Part shown: positions 1 through 13,500 of the stretch, piece by piece
Numbering within the stretch: position 1 is the stretch's first letter
Layout of the letters: the number at the start of each line of letters is the position of its first letter
Source: Perna viridis
Taxonomy: Eukaryota
Direction of reading: 5' to 3'
Length of the DNA: 64,000 nucleotides
Assembly: GCA_037379345.1 (NCBI GenBank)
Contig: CM074512.1
Coordinates: 32,798,001 to 32,862,000, forward strand
Program-made: the position numbers and the translations under genes
The notes under the pieces: model-generated
Told to the model about the DNA's origin: nothing
Databases searched by the model: none
The model's input: only the letters and a program-made list of their open reading frames with translations

Positions 1-98
1 TTAAACGCACGCTAGGAGAGTTGGTTTGTCGTGCATTTAAACGCACGCTGGGAGCGTTCGTTTATCGTGCGTTTGAGTATCGTGCGTCCGGGAAACCT
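1..98. repeat. ~36-bp tandem repeat running off the window start (possible end of a repeat-containing element)
   Basis: TTAAACGCACGCT(A/G)GGAG..TT.GTTT.TCGTGC occurs twice plus a partial ATCGTGCGT. Confidence 0.5.
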
Positions 99-1099
99 AA
101 ACGTCTCAAGGAGTGTATGTGTACATGTTTTACACGTCGATTACTGTAAATTCATTATTTTGCTGAATTAAACGACATCCACCATTTTTTCTGGGGTGCA
201 GATCTGTCCAGACATGGAAAGGCATAGAACATGCCAAAATAACCACCCCCCCCTTCTATATGTAAACATCTGGGCCTGAAGATCGGACCCTCCCCATTTT
301 ATGTGTAAACTGGCTTGACTGGTAAACCCCTACCCCATTGTTTTGAGTATTTTAAGAATTTATTATGCACCTTTTAACTGGGTTGAGTAGAAACTTTTAG
401 AAAATTGAAGGGTGTCCCCCCCCCACAAAATAGACTGGATTATCGATCACAAACAAACAGAAAATGACATTTTCACACATTTAGAATGTGTCGAAGTAAA
501 CCTTCCCACTTTTTATGTGTAAAAACACCTGCTTCCGAAGTAGGCTGATAAACCTCCCCCCTCCGTCTTCCCGGCGTTTTCCATTTGATAAACAAAACTT
601 TGTTCAATTGTTAAGCACAAAAATACATGCAAATTCGATTTTGACCTAGATAAAAAATTGTTTTCGAGTTAAAAAGGCACCAATTTGATAGCCTACTTGA
701 AAGCAAGGTTACTCTCTTGCCACTGGCCATGGAGTGAAAACTTGGGAGAAGTCTCGGGATAACCAGCTAATAGCATTAGGGTTACATGGAGACTGCTAAT
801 CTTGAATTAATCGATCGCTGCAAAAAATACGTCATTGATGCAACGCATGTCTGGAAGCAGTCAGATTGTTTATTGCAGGTATATTTTAATGGAGTTTTTT
901 TCCTCAAGGGGCCATATCAATTTTTAAAGTCTTCGTTTTGTATTTGTCGGTGTCGTCATCATCGTCGTCGAACATCAGCTCCTCCCATACCCCTGGGTCA
1001 AATTAAACCTGGGACCAATAAAACAGCTTCTTAGTCCCAGATTAAACCGCTTTTTCCAGAAAAGTTCATTGCATTGGCCTGATGATAAGAAACTTTGCT

Positions 1100-1358
1100 T
1101 AGGGACGCACCATTCAACTTCCAGGGGGGTGTGGCTTGGTTTCTTCTTTGGTTGTTATAATTTTTCGATCCTGGAGAAAAGATAATTTGGTAAGGAAGGG
1201 TTAAAAAATAAGTAATGTGAACTAATAAAGAAAAAAAGTAATTTGCTCACATGCATTAGAGAAGTACATATTTTTGAGCGCTACGCACAAAAAAAGAAAC
1301 AAAAAAGAAAACAATTCTGAGTAAACCAAGTCCCTCTGAAAGGTTAATGGTCACCTCC
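1100..1358. mobile_element. Degenerate MITE with imperfect terminal inverted repeats
   Basis: Left AGGGACGCACCATTCAACTTCCAGGGGG vs reverse complement of right end AGGAGGTGACCATTAACCTTTCAGAGGG; A-rich noncoding interior. Confidence 0.45.
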
Positions 1359-1494
1359 TCTTAAACCACTAAAACAATATTAGTAAAACTGTACACAATT
1401 GATGTCTGGCAGATGATTGTAGATCCTTTGCAATGATTACTCATTTTGTATGGATCCGTCAAATTAGTACTGTGACCACAATTTGCTCAATCGA

Positions 1495-1519
1495 CCGCGA
1501 TTTCGCGGGCATCCTCTAG
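1495..1519 (+). mobile_element. Helitron-type 3' terminus (GC hairpin then CTAG|T)
   Basis: CCGCGA-TT-TCGCGG hairpin followed 7 nt later by CTAG and T; a HINE-like (GTC)n tract lies upstream at ~945-970. Confidence 0.5.
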
Positions 1520-1984
1520 TATTTTAGATGTAAATGGACTCACGTCAGTTTCGGAACCAAGTAGTCCGTGTTGCAACTACCCCTAATTGGAAAATATTGT
1601 TTAGTTTGTGCACAATGTTAGTAAAATTAATAAAATAGTAGCCTGGAACACCCTTTTTTAAAGACCCCTTTTTCAAAATCCTGTATTACCATCTGCCTGA
1701 ATTGTACAAAACGTTTTCAAATAACTTATTACCAGCAACTTTAAATATTACGAAAACACACATGCTTAGACAAGGAGGAGCACTTTGTATTTACATCCTC
1801 CACAATGTCCGACTGTCTTGGAACTAATTCATCCCATAACAAATGGTTCAATGGCTGTGAAATTGAACCTGTCAAGCAAAACAGCAGGGTACGTCATCAA
1901 GATTTGCAAGGCGTTAATAAAGCGACGGGTGCTTTTCATTTATCAGCTAAGAATAATTGATATGTATAGAACTAAGTACAGTAG

Positions 1985-2966
1985 CCAGGTCTATACACAG
2001 GTAACCATTGTAGAACTAGACATTTTTATACAGTATCCGAGGAAGTACAGTATACCATCCGTGCAAGAGTCGGACGCGTATTCAAGGTCTCCCTCCACTT
2101 TAGGAACTATAAAATGTAAATGCATAAAGACGAGTAGCGAGAACATAATCACTAAAAACGGGTAACTTAAATGATGCAGCATGTTGCGAGATGCAACTTT
2201 TAAGTTGCAAATTGTTCAAAGGACAAAATCTCCCCTAATGTGTTCTAATCAAAAGTAATATATAAGCAAATATTTGAAAATGTTCAGTAATTTTGTTCAT
2301 ACAAATGTACAAGTGGATATATCAAGTCAAACTAAACTGTTTTCTTTTTTTCTTTTTCTTTTCTTTTCTTTCCTTCTTCTCCTTTTTTTTTGAGGGGATG
2401 GGGGTAAACAGTTTTATTAAATAGTAATGATGTTCTGTTAATGTTCCTGTCAAAGGATTTGTTCTATTTAGAACCTCCCTATTTCTACATATTCATTAGC
2501 CATTTTCTCACACAAGTGATGTATCGTGTAGGTCTCTCAGGTCGGTCAGTATAATGGATACAGTCTAAACGAGATGTAAACATTCAGACAGAATATTTCG
2601 ACAAGTCCAGTTATTAACACAATAAGTAAACATTCTTTCATCGACAAGTCATTTACTGATATACAAACAATTAATACTTGAATTGATATAACCCAGTCAG
2701 TGCACGTGTAGTTTTGTTATTGTTATTGTAGTGGATTTCATCAGATTCCATTGGCTCAAGATCGCAGTGAACTGCCAATTCATATAAATCAAAGTATAAA
2801 GGATGTAACAATGAAAATCCATGGTAATCGACTTTCTCCTTCAGTCACTCAGCGTGGAATAGCATCCGATGACATATTACTCCGCCTTTCCACTGGATTT
2901 ACATCTGTATCCAATCAAGGCTTTTATTTATACGCGACTCTCAGTTCATTTGAAACATATCGTTAA
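1985..2966 (+). pseudogene. Possible CUB-domain-like coding remnants (exons or pseudogene)
   Basis: Frame 2 from 1985 reads PGLYTGNHC...VQYTIRARVGRVFKVSLHF (like the CUB N-half WxIxAxxGxxIxLxF); 2733-2966 reads ...KIHGNRLSPSV...DDILLRLSTGFTSVSNQGFYLYAT* (like the CUB C-half). No clean splice path found. Confidence 0.3.
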
Positions 2967-3331
2967 CACGACATTTGGATACGAACAAATGTTGTAGAAA
3001 GTGTTTTAATAATTTCTTTTCGTAGTTGATATATTTTATACAATGTGTTTATTTGATTTTAAAATTAGATCATCTTTCTCATTTAATCGATAATTTGTAG
3101 ACTATAATTTTCTCAAATCGGGTTTGTTGACATGCGAGTTTACTCGTGCATTAAAAAGTGTTATAAACGGTGAGAAAATGGGTATTTGTGTTGATTTTGT
3201 ATGAAGCCAGTAATGTGTATAGTTTACATTGTAATGGAATATGGAAAAGGAGTACGGATTTATATTATTATTTTGATTGGAACTATCAGCGAAATTCTGG
3301 AATATAAAGTAAGTAATGGTGTTTTAATTTA

Positions 3332-3582
3332 AGGCGTATCCAGAGGATGGTAGTGGTCAGACCCCCTTGATTTACATATTTTACGCTTTAACAATGAAAA
3401 CACTCAAAAATAATTATGTTCTGTCAATAAATAATCAAATGAATGCGTTATTTACATATTGCTTTCACTTTGTATAATGTTAAAGCAATTGAATATTAAT
3501 CCATTTTTTTTTTCTTGTGGAATCATTTGAGCCCCGGGTTAACCCCTCACCTCCTCTTCATTTAAACCTGTGGATCCGCCAC
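3332..3582. mobile_element. MITE with GGCG(G/T)ATCCA...TGGATCCGCC termini (hAT-like, by resemblance)
   Basis: GGCGTATCCA at 3332 and TGGATCCGCC at 3571-3580 are inverted; subterminal C-rich tracts. Confidence 0.5.
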
Positions 3583-6407
3583 TTACAATAACTACATTAC
3601 ATGTACTTTGTCAATACGATAATTACAATAAATTATGATATTAAATACAATAATTTACTACGTAAATACAAGCTTGATTTGCATGCCTTCGTAACCTCCG
3701 AAGCAAAGCGGTTTTTGTCATTCCTAGAAATTTTTAATGCAAATTGTCAGTTGATCAATGTATCCAGATGTAAGTACATGTAATTAATATTCACATGCAA
3801 CATCTCAAATAATTCAATTTGGTTTCTTGCACTTAATGATGAACATTTTGAAGAACTACACTAGCTGTCGATGGTAAAACTTGAAGTGATTACACCGGAA
3901 GCTAGTTTGATCCCTTCATGCAAATTCTAATTGTTTTGTTTAATACCGAAGTCGAGAATGTTGTGAGGACTGATTGAATAACTATTGATGCTTTTACTAA
4001 AATGGCATATATATATACACTATCGGAGGCCTCAGAAAAGATGATATCTACATTGATAAATAATTCCATTTGACAAGGATGAATTAAGGTGTCTATGTCA
4101 AAACTCTGAGCGTGCCATCTTTCTCTATAGTACTGTACGTGTCGCTGATTAGATTCCCTTTCAAAACTAATTTATACAAAAAATTCGCAACACAAGATCT
4201 ACCTTTTTTAACGGAAATAACATTGATGAATTAATTACATATTAATTCAAATGACTTTCTTTTTCACAGTCTGACCTCTGAACCTCAGAATTTATCTTTA
4301 AAGACCTTTATTTGCCTTCTGTACAATATAAATCTAAGACACTTCTATTCTGTACAATTTCTTCATTTATCAAGCAAGAACGACTTGTCATCTGTTATGT
4401 GTATTCACCTAAATCAATTTTAGGTCGGTAAATACACCGATTAAAGGACTTTCACTGTGGTAAATTGCCCTTTCAACATTCTGTGAACCAGAAGAAATAA
4501 ATGAATGTTAATAGTTGTAATCGGACAAATTAGTTTTAGGGGTCACGGAGGAGTTGACTTACATACTATCTTATCGTTAGTAAATTTAACTATTACATGT
4601 TCTTGTTGTATGAGAAGGTACATGTAGCATGAGAAAGGTACATGCAGTATGAGAAAGAATAAGCGTCGCTGGGCACATTTGTATGTATGTAGTTGGTTCA
4701 AAGATATTTAAGGTTACGTGTGGTTTTTTTTCTTCGCAGTCGTTAGTACTTTTGCCAGCCACGATATTTAGCCTTTGATTAAAATATTCTACGAGATGTT
4801 GATATTGCAAAAATAGTTCAAACACTCATTCATCTTCCATCGACATTGTTGTCACCGTAACACTAAAAGTTTAATATAGCTGCATTCAGTTTTGATTCGT
4901 TCACTCCCTTGCAGTAGCGGGTATTCGTGACTTGACACTTGTCTAGATCGATTACATTATCGTTATAACCAAGCTTTGTTTGTTCAGATGTCATTGGTCA
5001 ATTCCTATTTGGCTATTCCCAGTGGTCACAGCAGATGTTAGACAATCATAATGTAATTAATGACGAATAAATTACAACGCCGAGCCATTCCTGATTAGTC
5101 AGAAACAAGAGTTACTATACGTGATACATTGTATTTACGTTCAATTCACTTGATACATAATGAAAATGTAAATCGAATTCAAATATAGGCAAGAGAAATC
5201 GATGTTAACACCTGTTCCATATGAAAAATTCACCACACTACTCTGTTTAAAAGTTTCCCCATTGAAAGCGCAACAGGGATATTCGCCATTACGTAAACCG
5301 TAATTAACTTTTCCATTTATGACGTGCGGTGTTGTTTGTGAAGGGTGTGATGGTCAATTCCCATTGCAGTGAAGCAGCTGTCGGAACACAATAACCTGTA
5401 AATTACTATGATTAAATACAAATGAGATACCATTGTAGATCAATCATGAAAAGTGTCTGTTAAAAAATTGATCATCTAATCGATATTTTCGATATACAAA
5501 TGAGAATTACAGTTGTATACGAGCAAAACAAACCAAGCTTTTACAAAAGACACCGTTTTGTATACCAGGATTGTAAATTATATGCAACATAAAAGACACT
5601 CGGTCTTCCCGCAACGACATCGAGGTATAGATGGCGTACAATAGAAAGTTTCTTGGATGCATTTGTTCGATCAATGAATAGTCGATATATCTTCGATGTG
5701 AAGGAGCAAATTGATCGTTTGGCCCTAATCAGTACCGTGTATAGATTTTTGCACATTTCCCTACTTACCCGGATGTACAAATTCATTAAGTGTTTAATAG
5801 ATATTACAGTTTTTTTTTCTGTTTTGTTTGGAATAAATCACTCTTATGCATTTTATATACATTGTATCCTTTTCTTCTGGTAAGCACATATTTTGTATAC
5901 CATAGTGATAAATTGTTTTAGACTTGAGTTGACTAGTTCTACCGTACGTTCTATTTTGAATCCAGTATTAGATTTGGCCATTCTATATGTTTATTAAATT
6001 TGAGACTGATATATGTAACTCAACACGAACACTGGTTCCGCCTTCCTTTACTTCATCTAACAATAATCGTTTACTAACTAGTTTATGTACTTTGTCAGTT
6101 CTTCGATTGTTTCCGAATTTACCTACCGTAAGATCGTTGAAGAGGCAATCAATGATGTAACGACTAGGTTGTAGACTTTTCAATGGTATTAGAGTTGCTG
6201 TTGAATGTGTTCTAAAACCCTAATTAGTATTTCAAGAAGCGTTTTAAAGCACTACTACGGTGATAAAAGTGTTTTCAGAATGTTTTAACATTTATATTGT
6301 TGACATATATGTTTAAGAACAATTTTAGTATAGATGCAGAGCTATTGTACATGTTTTGTCTGTGTTGTTTGGTTTTTGAAGGTGGGGTTGGAAAAGGGGG
6401 TGGGTTA

Positions 6408-7735
6408 AGAATCATTACTTGGCGTCCGTCGTCGTTAACAATTTTTCAAAACTCTTCTCTAACACAACTTGACCAATTGGAACCAAACAGCATGAATGTT
6501 CCTTGGGGTATCCTGCATAGAACTGATGTGGGAATTTTTTACCCATCGAAAAACATGGCCGCTGTTACTAAAAAATAGAACATGGGGGTCAGACAGTAGT
6601 TTTTCGCATATATTCTGACATAGGGTTAAAGTGTTCAGCATGATGAGATCTATCTGTGGTGATGTACTCGTTATGATCTGTTTAGCAAAGTTCGAGTTAT
6701 TGCCTTTTTTAAAAGTTTTTTTTTAAATATTTTTAATGATATTTCTTTCAAAAACCTTCTCCTCTGACACTACTTAACCAATTGAAACCAAACTTGGTAT
6801 AAATGTTCCTTGGGGTATCCTACCTTGAACTGACGTGGGGATTTTTGATCTGTCGAAAAACATGGCTGCTGTTACTAAAAATAGAAGAAAGGGGTCAGAC
6901 GGTAGTTTTTTGCATATATCTCAAAAACCGCTAGGTTTAGCTAAATTCTGACATGGGATAAAAGTGTTAAGCATGATATCTATCTCTGGTCAAATTTGGG
7001 TTTTAATCTGTTCCGCCATGGTGGAGTTATTGCCCTTTTTTGACGTTCTTTTGCTGATTTTGATGTTATTTCTTTCAAAAATCTTCTCCTCTGACACTAT
7101 TTGATCAATAGGAACCAAATTTGGTATGAATGTTTCTTGGTGTATCCTGCATAGAACTGAAGTGGGAATGTTTGATCCATCAAAAACATGGCCACTGTTT
7201 CTAAAAATAGAACATAGGTGTCAGACAGTAGTTTTTCGCATATATCTCCAAAACCGTTAGGTTTAGCCGAATTCTTTCAATAACTGAAATGATCCTTATT
7301 ATTAGGACTACAAAAGTCTTCAGGGATAAAAGTTGTCAGATGACTCCTTGTATGAGTTAATACCCTTGAAAGGGGAAAAACGACTTTTGTACAGTTTCAG
7401 TCACTACAGAATCTTGAAAACTATGATTTCAATTGTTTAGTGGAGTCCGAGTTGCTCATTTACTTTTGTTACCTTGTATGTATGATTTCAGTTACTTTAT
7501 GTTCTTTGTTTTGTATGTCTGTTTTCCATGTCTGGTCTTTGTCCCTGGATTACATTCGTTTGATTACCGCTATAACCTTGGTTCCCTTGATTGCTCTTTG
7601 AAATGATACTTATAGATAAGTCCTACCATAGAATTTTTGAGTCAAAATTGTTGGACAACTTTTTGTTAAATTAATTGCCTTTGAAAGGCAAAATTCAACC
7701 AGGTGAGCGATTCAGGCTCCTGTGAGCCTCTTGTT
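6408..7735 (+). mobile_element. HINE/Helentron-associated non-autonomous element with ~300-330-bp internal tandem repeats (about 3 units)
   Basis: Starts with GGCGTCCGTCGTCG; units begin TTTCAAAA..CTTCTC at ~6444, ~6746 and ~7073; ends CAGGTGAGCGATTCAGGCTC-CTGT-GAGCCTCTTGTT (subterminal motif plus 3' palindrome typical of bivalve HINEs). Confidence 0.75.
7435..7598 (+). mobile_element. Penelope-like element 3' end fragment nested in the HINE
   Basis: TTTAGTGGAGTCCGAGTTGCTCA...GGTTCCCTTGATTGCTCTT matches the copies at 33.9, 37.8, 47 and 59 kb. Confidence 0.75.
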
Positions 7736-10501
7736 TTTCATCTTAGTGTCTGTCAAGACTTACTATTATTTTCGTTTAACCTTATTGTAATTGGACTCGT
7801 ACTGTTTTCTTTTTTTACAATTTAATCTGCTGCTGTCAAATTTCCGACTTGGATGATAGCCTTCTGCTTCCCCTATGACTCCTCGTATCTACTAACTCCG
7901 ACCCCCCTGTAGCGGAGTTTCTCTTCGTCTTTGAAAGAAAGTGTCAAATTTGGGACTTAACTATGATTATACATTTAAGATAACCATTGTTATTGGCTTA
8001 ATGATAGTCGAACTATTTTCGCCATTTACCTAACAATAAAAGATACAGACCTAATTGAGCTACTTTTATATGAGATTGTTAAGAGACTTTTAACATTACT
8101 GCTTTCGTTTTGTTTGTTTTACTAAGTTTATTCTTAAATCATTCGCAAAGTTAAGAAGAAATTGGGATACATAGTTTGTACGAGATCCGTTTATTAATAA
8201 GTAAAACTTGGCAAACCGGACCCCAACGTACACAACAAATTGGTCAGGTAGATCCTATATTTATAATATATATTGTCATAAATAATTTTAATTTTCTTGG
8301 TATATACAAAATATTAGGAAATTTTTCACAAATTGAAAAGAAAGTTTTTGTGTGAAAATTATGGGGAGAGACTTAACAGCATTTCAAAAAGACAGACTTA
8401 GAAGGACAAATGTGGATTTTAACTCCGGACACTGGAAATATCTTTTCCGATTTAAAGACAAATACCAAAAAAATCTCCTGAAATCTATTAATAAAAAAAA
8501 TAATGTTGCACGTCCGGGGTTTCCGAAAGATCTCTTGGGAGATACACAATTTTAATACCTCCCTTAAAGTGTGCAAAATGCTGCATCCGCCCCTGAAAGA
8601 TATTAGATAAAATGTATGATAGGTCTGGCCGAAGCTACAAAATTGATCTCCACAATGTATGTAACAGGTTTTCAACCTTATCTGTCGTGCATTGGAGTAT
8701 ACAAAAACGTTATGTATCGTAAAGAGATGAATTGTTTTAAGATAAAAATTATGCAATCGTTGAGAAATAGTGATAACTTTTGTTCTCATTAAGATATTTC
8801 ACAACATAAGGATGATAAGATAATAAGGCGTATAAACTGTAAACATGTTTGTCAGTTGAATTAACTAATTATAACTTTGAAATTTAGTCCAGCAGATAAT
8901 TGGCGTAGTCAGTCTAGTGATTATATCAAAAATGTTTATTATTGAGTTGATGGATTCAAAATTGCTTTATGAATTCACAATACTACCAGCTTTGGTTTTA
9001 ATTGATTTGTAAGCTCTGAATTAATTGTTGTATTTTCCATGGTCACAGAGGTACTGGAAACACCATACCCAATGCAAAATGTCTCCATGCATTTTGCATG
9101 ATTAATACAAATTTTAACTTTAAAAGACACCCATCATTATGATATTTTAATCGATGGTGAGGATCGGTACAGAAGATATTTGATACATGCATTAAACGAA
9201 CTGTTTATACTTATGAACAGTCTGAGTATTCGGATTCCTGACTTCGCAAAAATATGTTTTACAAGAAGCTAAAAACGTATCGAAAATTGATATAAAGGAA
9301 GGAACATACTAGATTTATAACTGATACTTCTTTTACTTGACTTGCTAATCCTATTCAAATTGAAATACCAAACGTCCCCAGTGGTTATATTGACGACATC
9401 TGTTTGATAATCAACGATGACAGGAATGTGACTATGCTAGCAGCGATCGAATCAAGTCTAGACCTTTTTATTTTTTCATGTGTATGGGCAATGCACTATG
9501 TTTATAAGCAAACTTAATTTTGCACATATTGCATTTGAAAATGCTTTTGTATTGCATTAAGACAGTTTTATATACATGTACTTGTCAAATGTGCATTTAA
9601 CACAATAACTGTTGACAATCGGTGAACAAAGGATCGAATGACTTACTACATGTTAATTTACCAAAATAATTAAACTATTTGTATTATGGGTCTCTTTTTT
9701 TTTTACGACAAATTTACTTGTGGTTATTATTCTTAACAAACGTTCGAACATAAACCTTCATGCATTTGTTCTTTTTACAATCTTGTAATTAATTTTTTTT
9801 TGAAGTGCTTATATTGTATAAAGAGGATATATTTTTCTGTTGATTTTTTCCTTGTAATGATTTTGATCAGTTGAAACGTCTATGTTCAGTTCAACATTCA
9901 TGTAGATTTCTGAAACATGTTTAATATGTAAATTAATTTCAAATATTGAACTTTCTCAGCATTGTGTGACATCTGTGGTAATTCATGTGAATTAAATAAT
10001 AACAATTTTACAACACTTTGTACGTTAAACCCCAACAAACAAACAAACGTTACACGAAGCAGTAACTTATTTTCTTATCCAGGAATTATTGCACATTTAC
10101 ATGTATGTAGAACAAAGGACAGCTTTAACAAGACTGCGATTTTTTTTTTGGTCTTACCCAGCAACATGTGCACTATTTTTCACTATTCTAAAAAAGGCTT
10201 CTCGTATTGTCTGTTTTTTTTTTGTATGTTACATGTACTAAAACCTTGTCTTAGCCGATTTCTTAGATTTTCAATAATGAGTGTTAACTATGCTTTTTAT
10301 AATTTTAAGACATGCTTGCATAAAAATGTGAAGAAATTCAAGGGAAACGCATATGATCGCTTGTTATCCAAACTAACGTCGTCGGATTTCTATGTTTTTT
10401 GGTGCAAAAGGAAGGTGTAGGTCCTTGTCTGTCTTTTTTACTAGGATATACATGTACATATATAGCGCATGGGATATATATGTAACATGTAATACATGTA
10501 C

Positions 10502-10521
10502 GTGTGTGTGTGTGTGTGTGT
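10502..10521. repeat. (GT)10 microsatellite
   Basis: Read directly. Confidence 0.95.
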
Positions 10522-13500
10522 AAAATATGGTAGAAATTTGGTCACTGATATGACTTTTTAATAAACTAAAAAACCTTTAAATTTGCAAGTATTAATTGTG
10601 GCAACTTCATTGTAGATATTGCATGCAAATTAAGCCTAAGTAAATAGATTAAAAAGAATACATTGTAAACTGAAGTACTGATTTTATAGTTAGTAAATCT
10701 TACAGAACAGTGGTAGCAATGTTCGCTTTTAACCTTACAAGTCAACAATCAGTTGTCTTTATACGACGTGAAGATAAATACCTGATTGTCAAACATTCAG
10801 ACGGAAAGATTTTATTTTTTATGGGCTGTCACCCCAGGCTGTCACGTCGGATAAGCTTAAACTAAAGAACTGTAGACAAAGAATCATGTTAAACTTATGA
10901 TGGCATCGGTTGCTCTTTATATTATTCTAACTAGGAAAATTAATGAAGTGCACATGTTACTTTCGGTGCATGCACTCTGGGATTACGTTTCAATACGTCA
11001 GAACGCATTAATTGATCACGTCATTGGTATAGTACAGATCTCCTAACAGCTCAGGCATTTATATTGCGTGTATAATGTTAGATTGAGTCCATAATGAAGA
11101 AAAACAAAATAATGCACGCGATCCTCTTCTCTCTGAGTTCTCAGAAATTCTTGAAGTATCATTCAATTAGTTAATTCTCTGATATCACTACTACCGACTT
11201 CTCTCCTCCGCAATAATATAGAAGCGATGATTGCAAGGAAAGGACTCGTTAAGTCAAGTATAATTATGATAGGTACCTTTAAAACTTGACTGCTCCTTAA
11301 AACTTGAATCAGGCTTTAAAAACAAACTAGTAACTAATGTTGTTTCAAAAAATATTATGTTTTGCTGTCTATACATTGTATTATAGTTTCCGAAGTATTC
11401 CCTATAGTACATGTATAAAAACCTCATATAATTGTCAAATAGTTTGCAGTACCGCAGATGGTTTATACATTAATGACATGTACTTTCTTCTTTTAGTAAA
11501 CAATAATACAGAAAGACTTGTAGCAAGTTAAGCTGGTAGAAAATTAAAGTCAGACACCAAAAAGGAATCCGAGATAAAATATTTGACCTGATCTCCCCTA
11601 CAAATCAAATGGTTTCTCCCTTCACAATAAAATGGATTTTTGATCGTAACAGATAACTTGCACCTCTTTGACCTGAGTTTGACACATTTTATCAAAATCT
11701 AACTCTTTACAATAGCTGCATATTGTGCTGAACATTGATCATTGTTGTGATTACGGTCAGGTGGATACAATATTTATCGTCTGTCAGATCGGATAATAGC
11801 GGGGTTGTAATAATTACATTGCATGTATAGATGATACAGGTCACATACAGTGGAACCTGCTTACACCGAAATACATTATAAACAACTCAAGAAATTTTAA
11901 TGAAATTTGCAAGAAAGTACAGGCATAACTAGTAGATTGCATGCGGGAAGATAATGGTTAGCCGACACAAGGAGTTAACCCAGCTACCGTAACGGGACTT
12001 CAACAGTAATAATCTCGTCAGTGCTTTTCAGGGACTTTCTTAAAAGTTCAGATATCCTAAGATGCACTTGAAAGTCCACATAGATGATTATTGTCTGAAA
12101 CCTTCTAAGGGCAATAATCCAATTGGATGGTTTCACATGTTTAAATCCTAGCAAGCACAATTTAACTTCAACCGTTCAAAGGATTTTAATTAAAATTGAA
12201 AAGTCGCTTTCTAATATCAAATTCTTGTTATGCTTTAATTTGAGGTTTTCAACGCATGCCTATAATAATTGAAGGTTCGCTGCAAAAGTCGTGGCTTTTG
12301 TTGACGGATTCATTTTTCACTTTACATACGTTTTTATTGCTGTCCGATTTAAAAAGAAATATGTAAGCGGACCTAAAGAAAATGCAGTTTCCGTTAAATA
12401 ATGGAAATAAAAATTTCCGCCGCAACCCATGGCTCACTTTGATAAATCTTCGAAACTATGATGAGTTGTTAATGTGAACGGGGAACATTTAAAGAAGACA
12501 ACAACTACACCAAAAAATTGAGGCCACCCGTAATAATTATTTTTCGCCTCGACTGGGCTGGGAATTACATGTATCTAGGCTAAGCGTGGTAACGCGTTAT
12601 TTTGGACCACTATTAAAGTGTTAAACATGACATCGTATACTTTTTAATTTTGAATTAACGAGTATAAAAGGAAATATTTCAGCTGAATAATTTTGTGGAC
12701 TGTTAAGGTCACAGTAAATACATATTATATATCATTGCTTCGTTTTGTTCGTATCGCGATAATAAGAGTTCTCACGAGATTTCAAATAATGTAACAGCGT
12801 AGTAACCTTTAATGATTACATGGTAGTTGGTAAAAAAATAAAATAATCTACTTCGAGTGAACCTTATAAAACTGAAGCTTGCTATCTAAGCACCATTATG
12901 AATAAACATGTACATGTAAATGCATTTCAGTCTTTGCAATGAACCCTGTTCAAAATCAAACCTGAGTAGACAAGAAAAAAATGGTCAAACCAGTGAAGAT
13001 TCTAGTAAATTCATCACATATACATTAAGTAATAATTTAGTTCTGATACAATTGATTTACACCTGCTTGTAATTCTTAGTCTTCAATTCCTTTTAACAGA
13101 AAATGAAGTCATTTAATTTATATTAATATTCCTGATAGTTAGGCCGTTGTCACGTCTTTACTTATTTTCCAAATGATTCTAAATCTTTTTTTTAATTTAA
13201 AGAATAACACCCGCTGTCCAGCCAGCATTTCATGCCTGACTATTACAATGTCTTTAAAAAACTTTCAATTTTGCTTAAAAAAATCTTCCTTCGGAAGATG
13301 TCCCGTGTGAGAGAATGCAATATCTGCATGACCTGTGCATCGCTTACATTGCATACAAAGCTTTGATTGCTTTTAAATTCCCTAAGTTACAATCCAATGC
13401 ATTCAATGTTATGACAATAGCATTTTCTAACTTGTAACAACGTCATAATTTTCATTCTATTGAGAAAATGTTGTGGTTATTTGTTTTCTTAATGATCAAA

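Noticed and set aside
1991-2182. Minus-strand 63-aa ORF resembling a signal peptide plus the start of a C-type lectin (SCTDGILYFLGYCIK)
   Set aside because: It stops immediately with no clear downstream lectin exon, and it overlaps the equally weak + strand CUB-like reading
9962-10420. 152-aa ORF (and similar F/L/I/K-rich ORFs at 8373, 15229, 25729 and 62006)
   Set aside because: Composition is what AT-rich noncoding DNA gives by chance; no motifs or supporting splice structure
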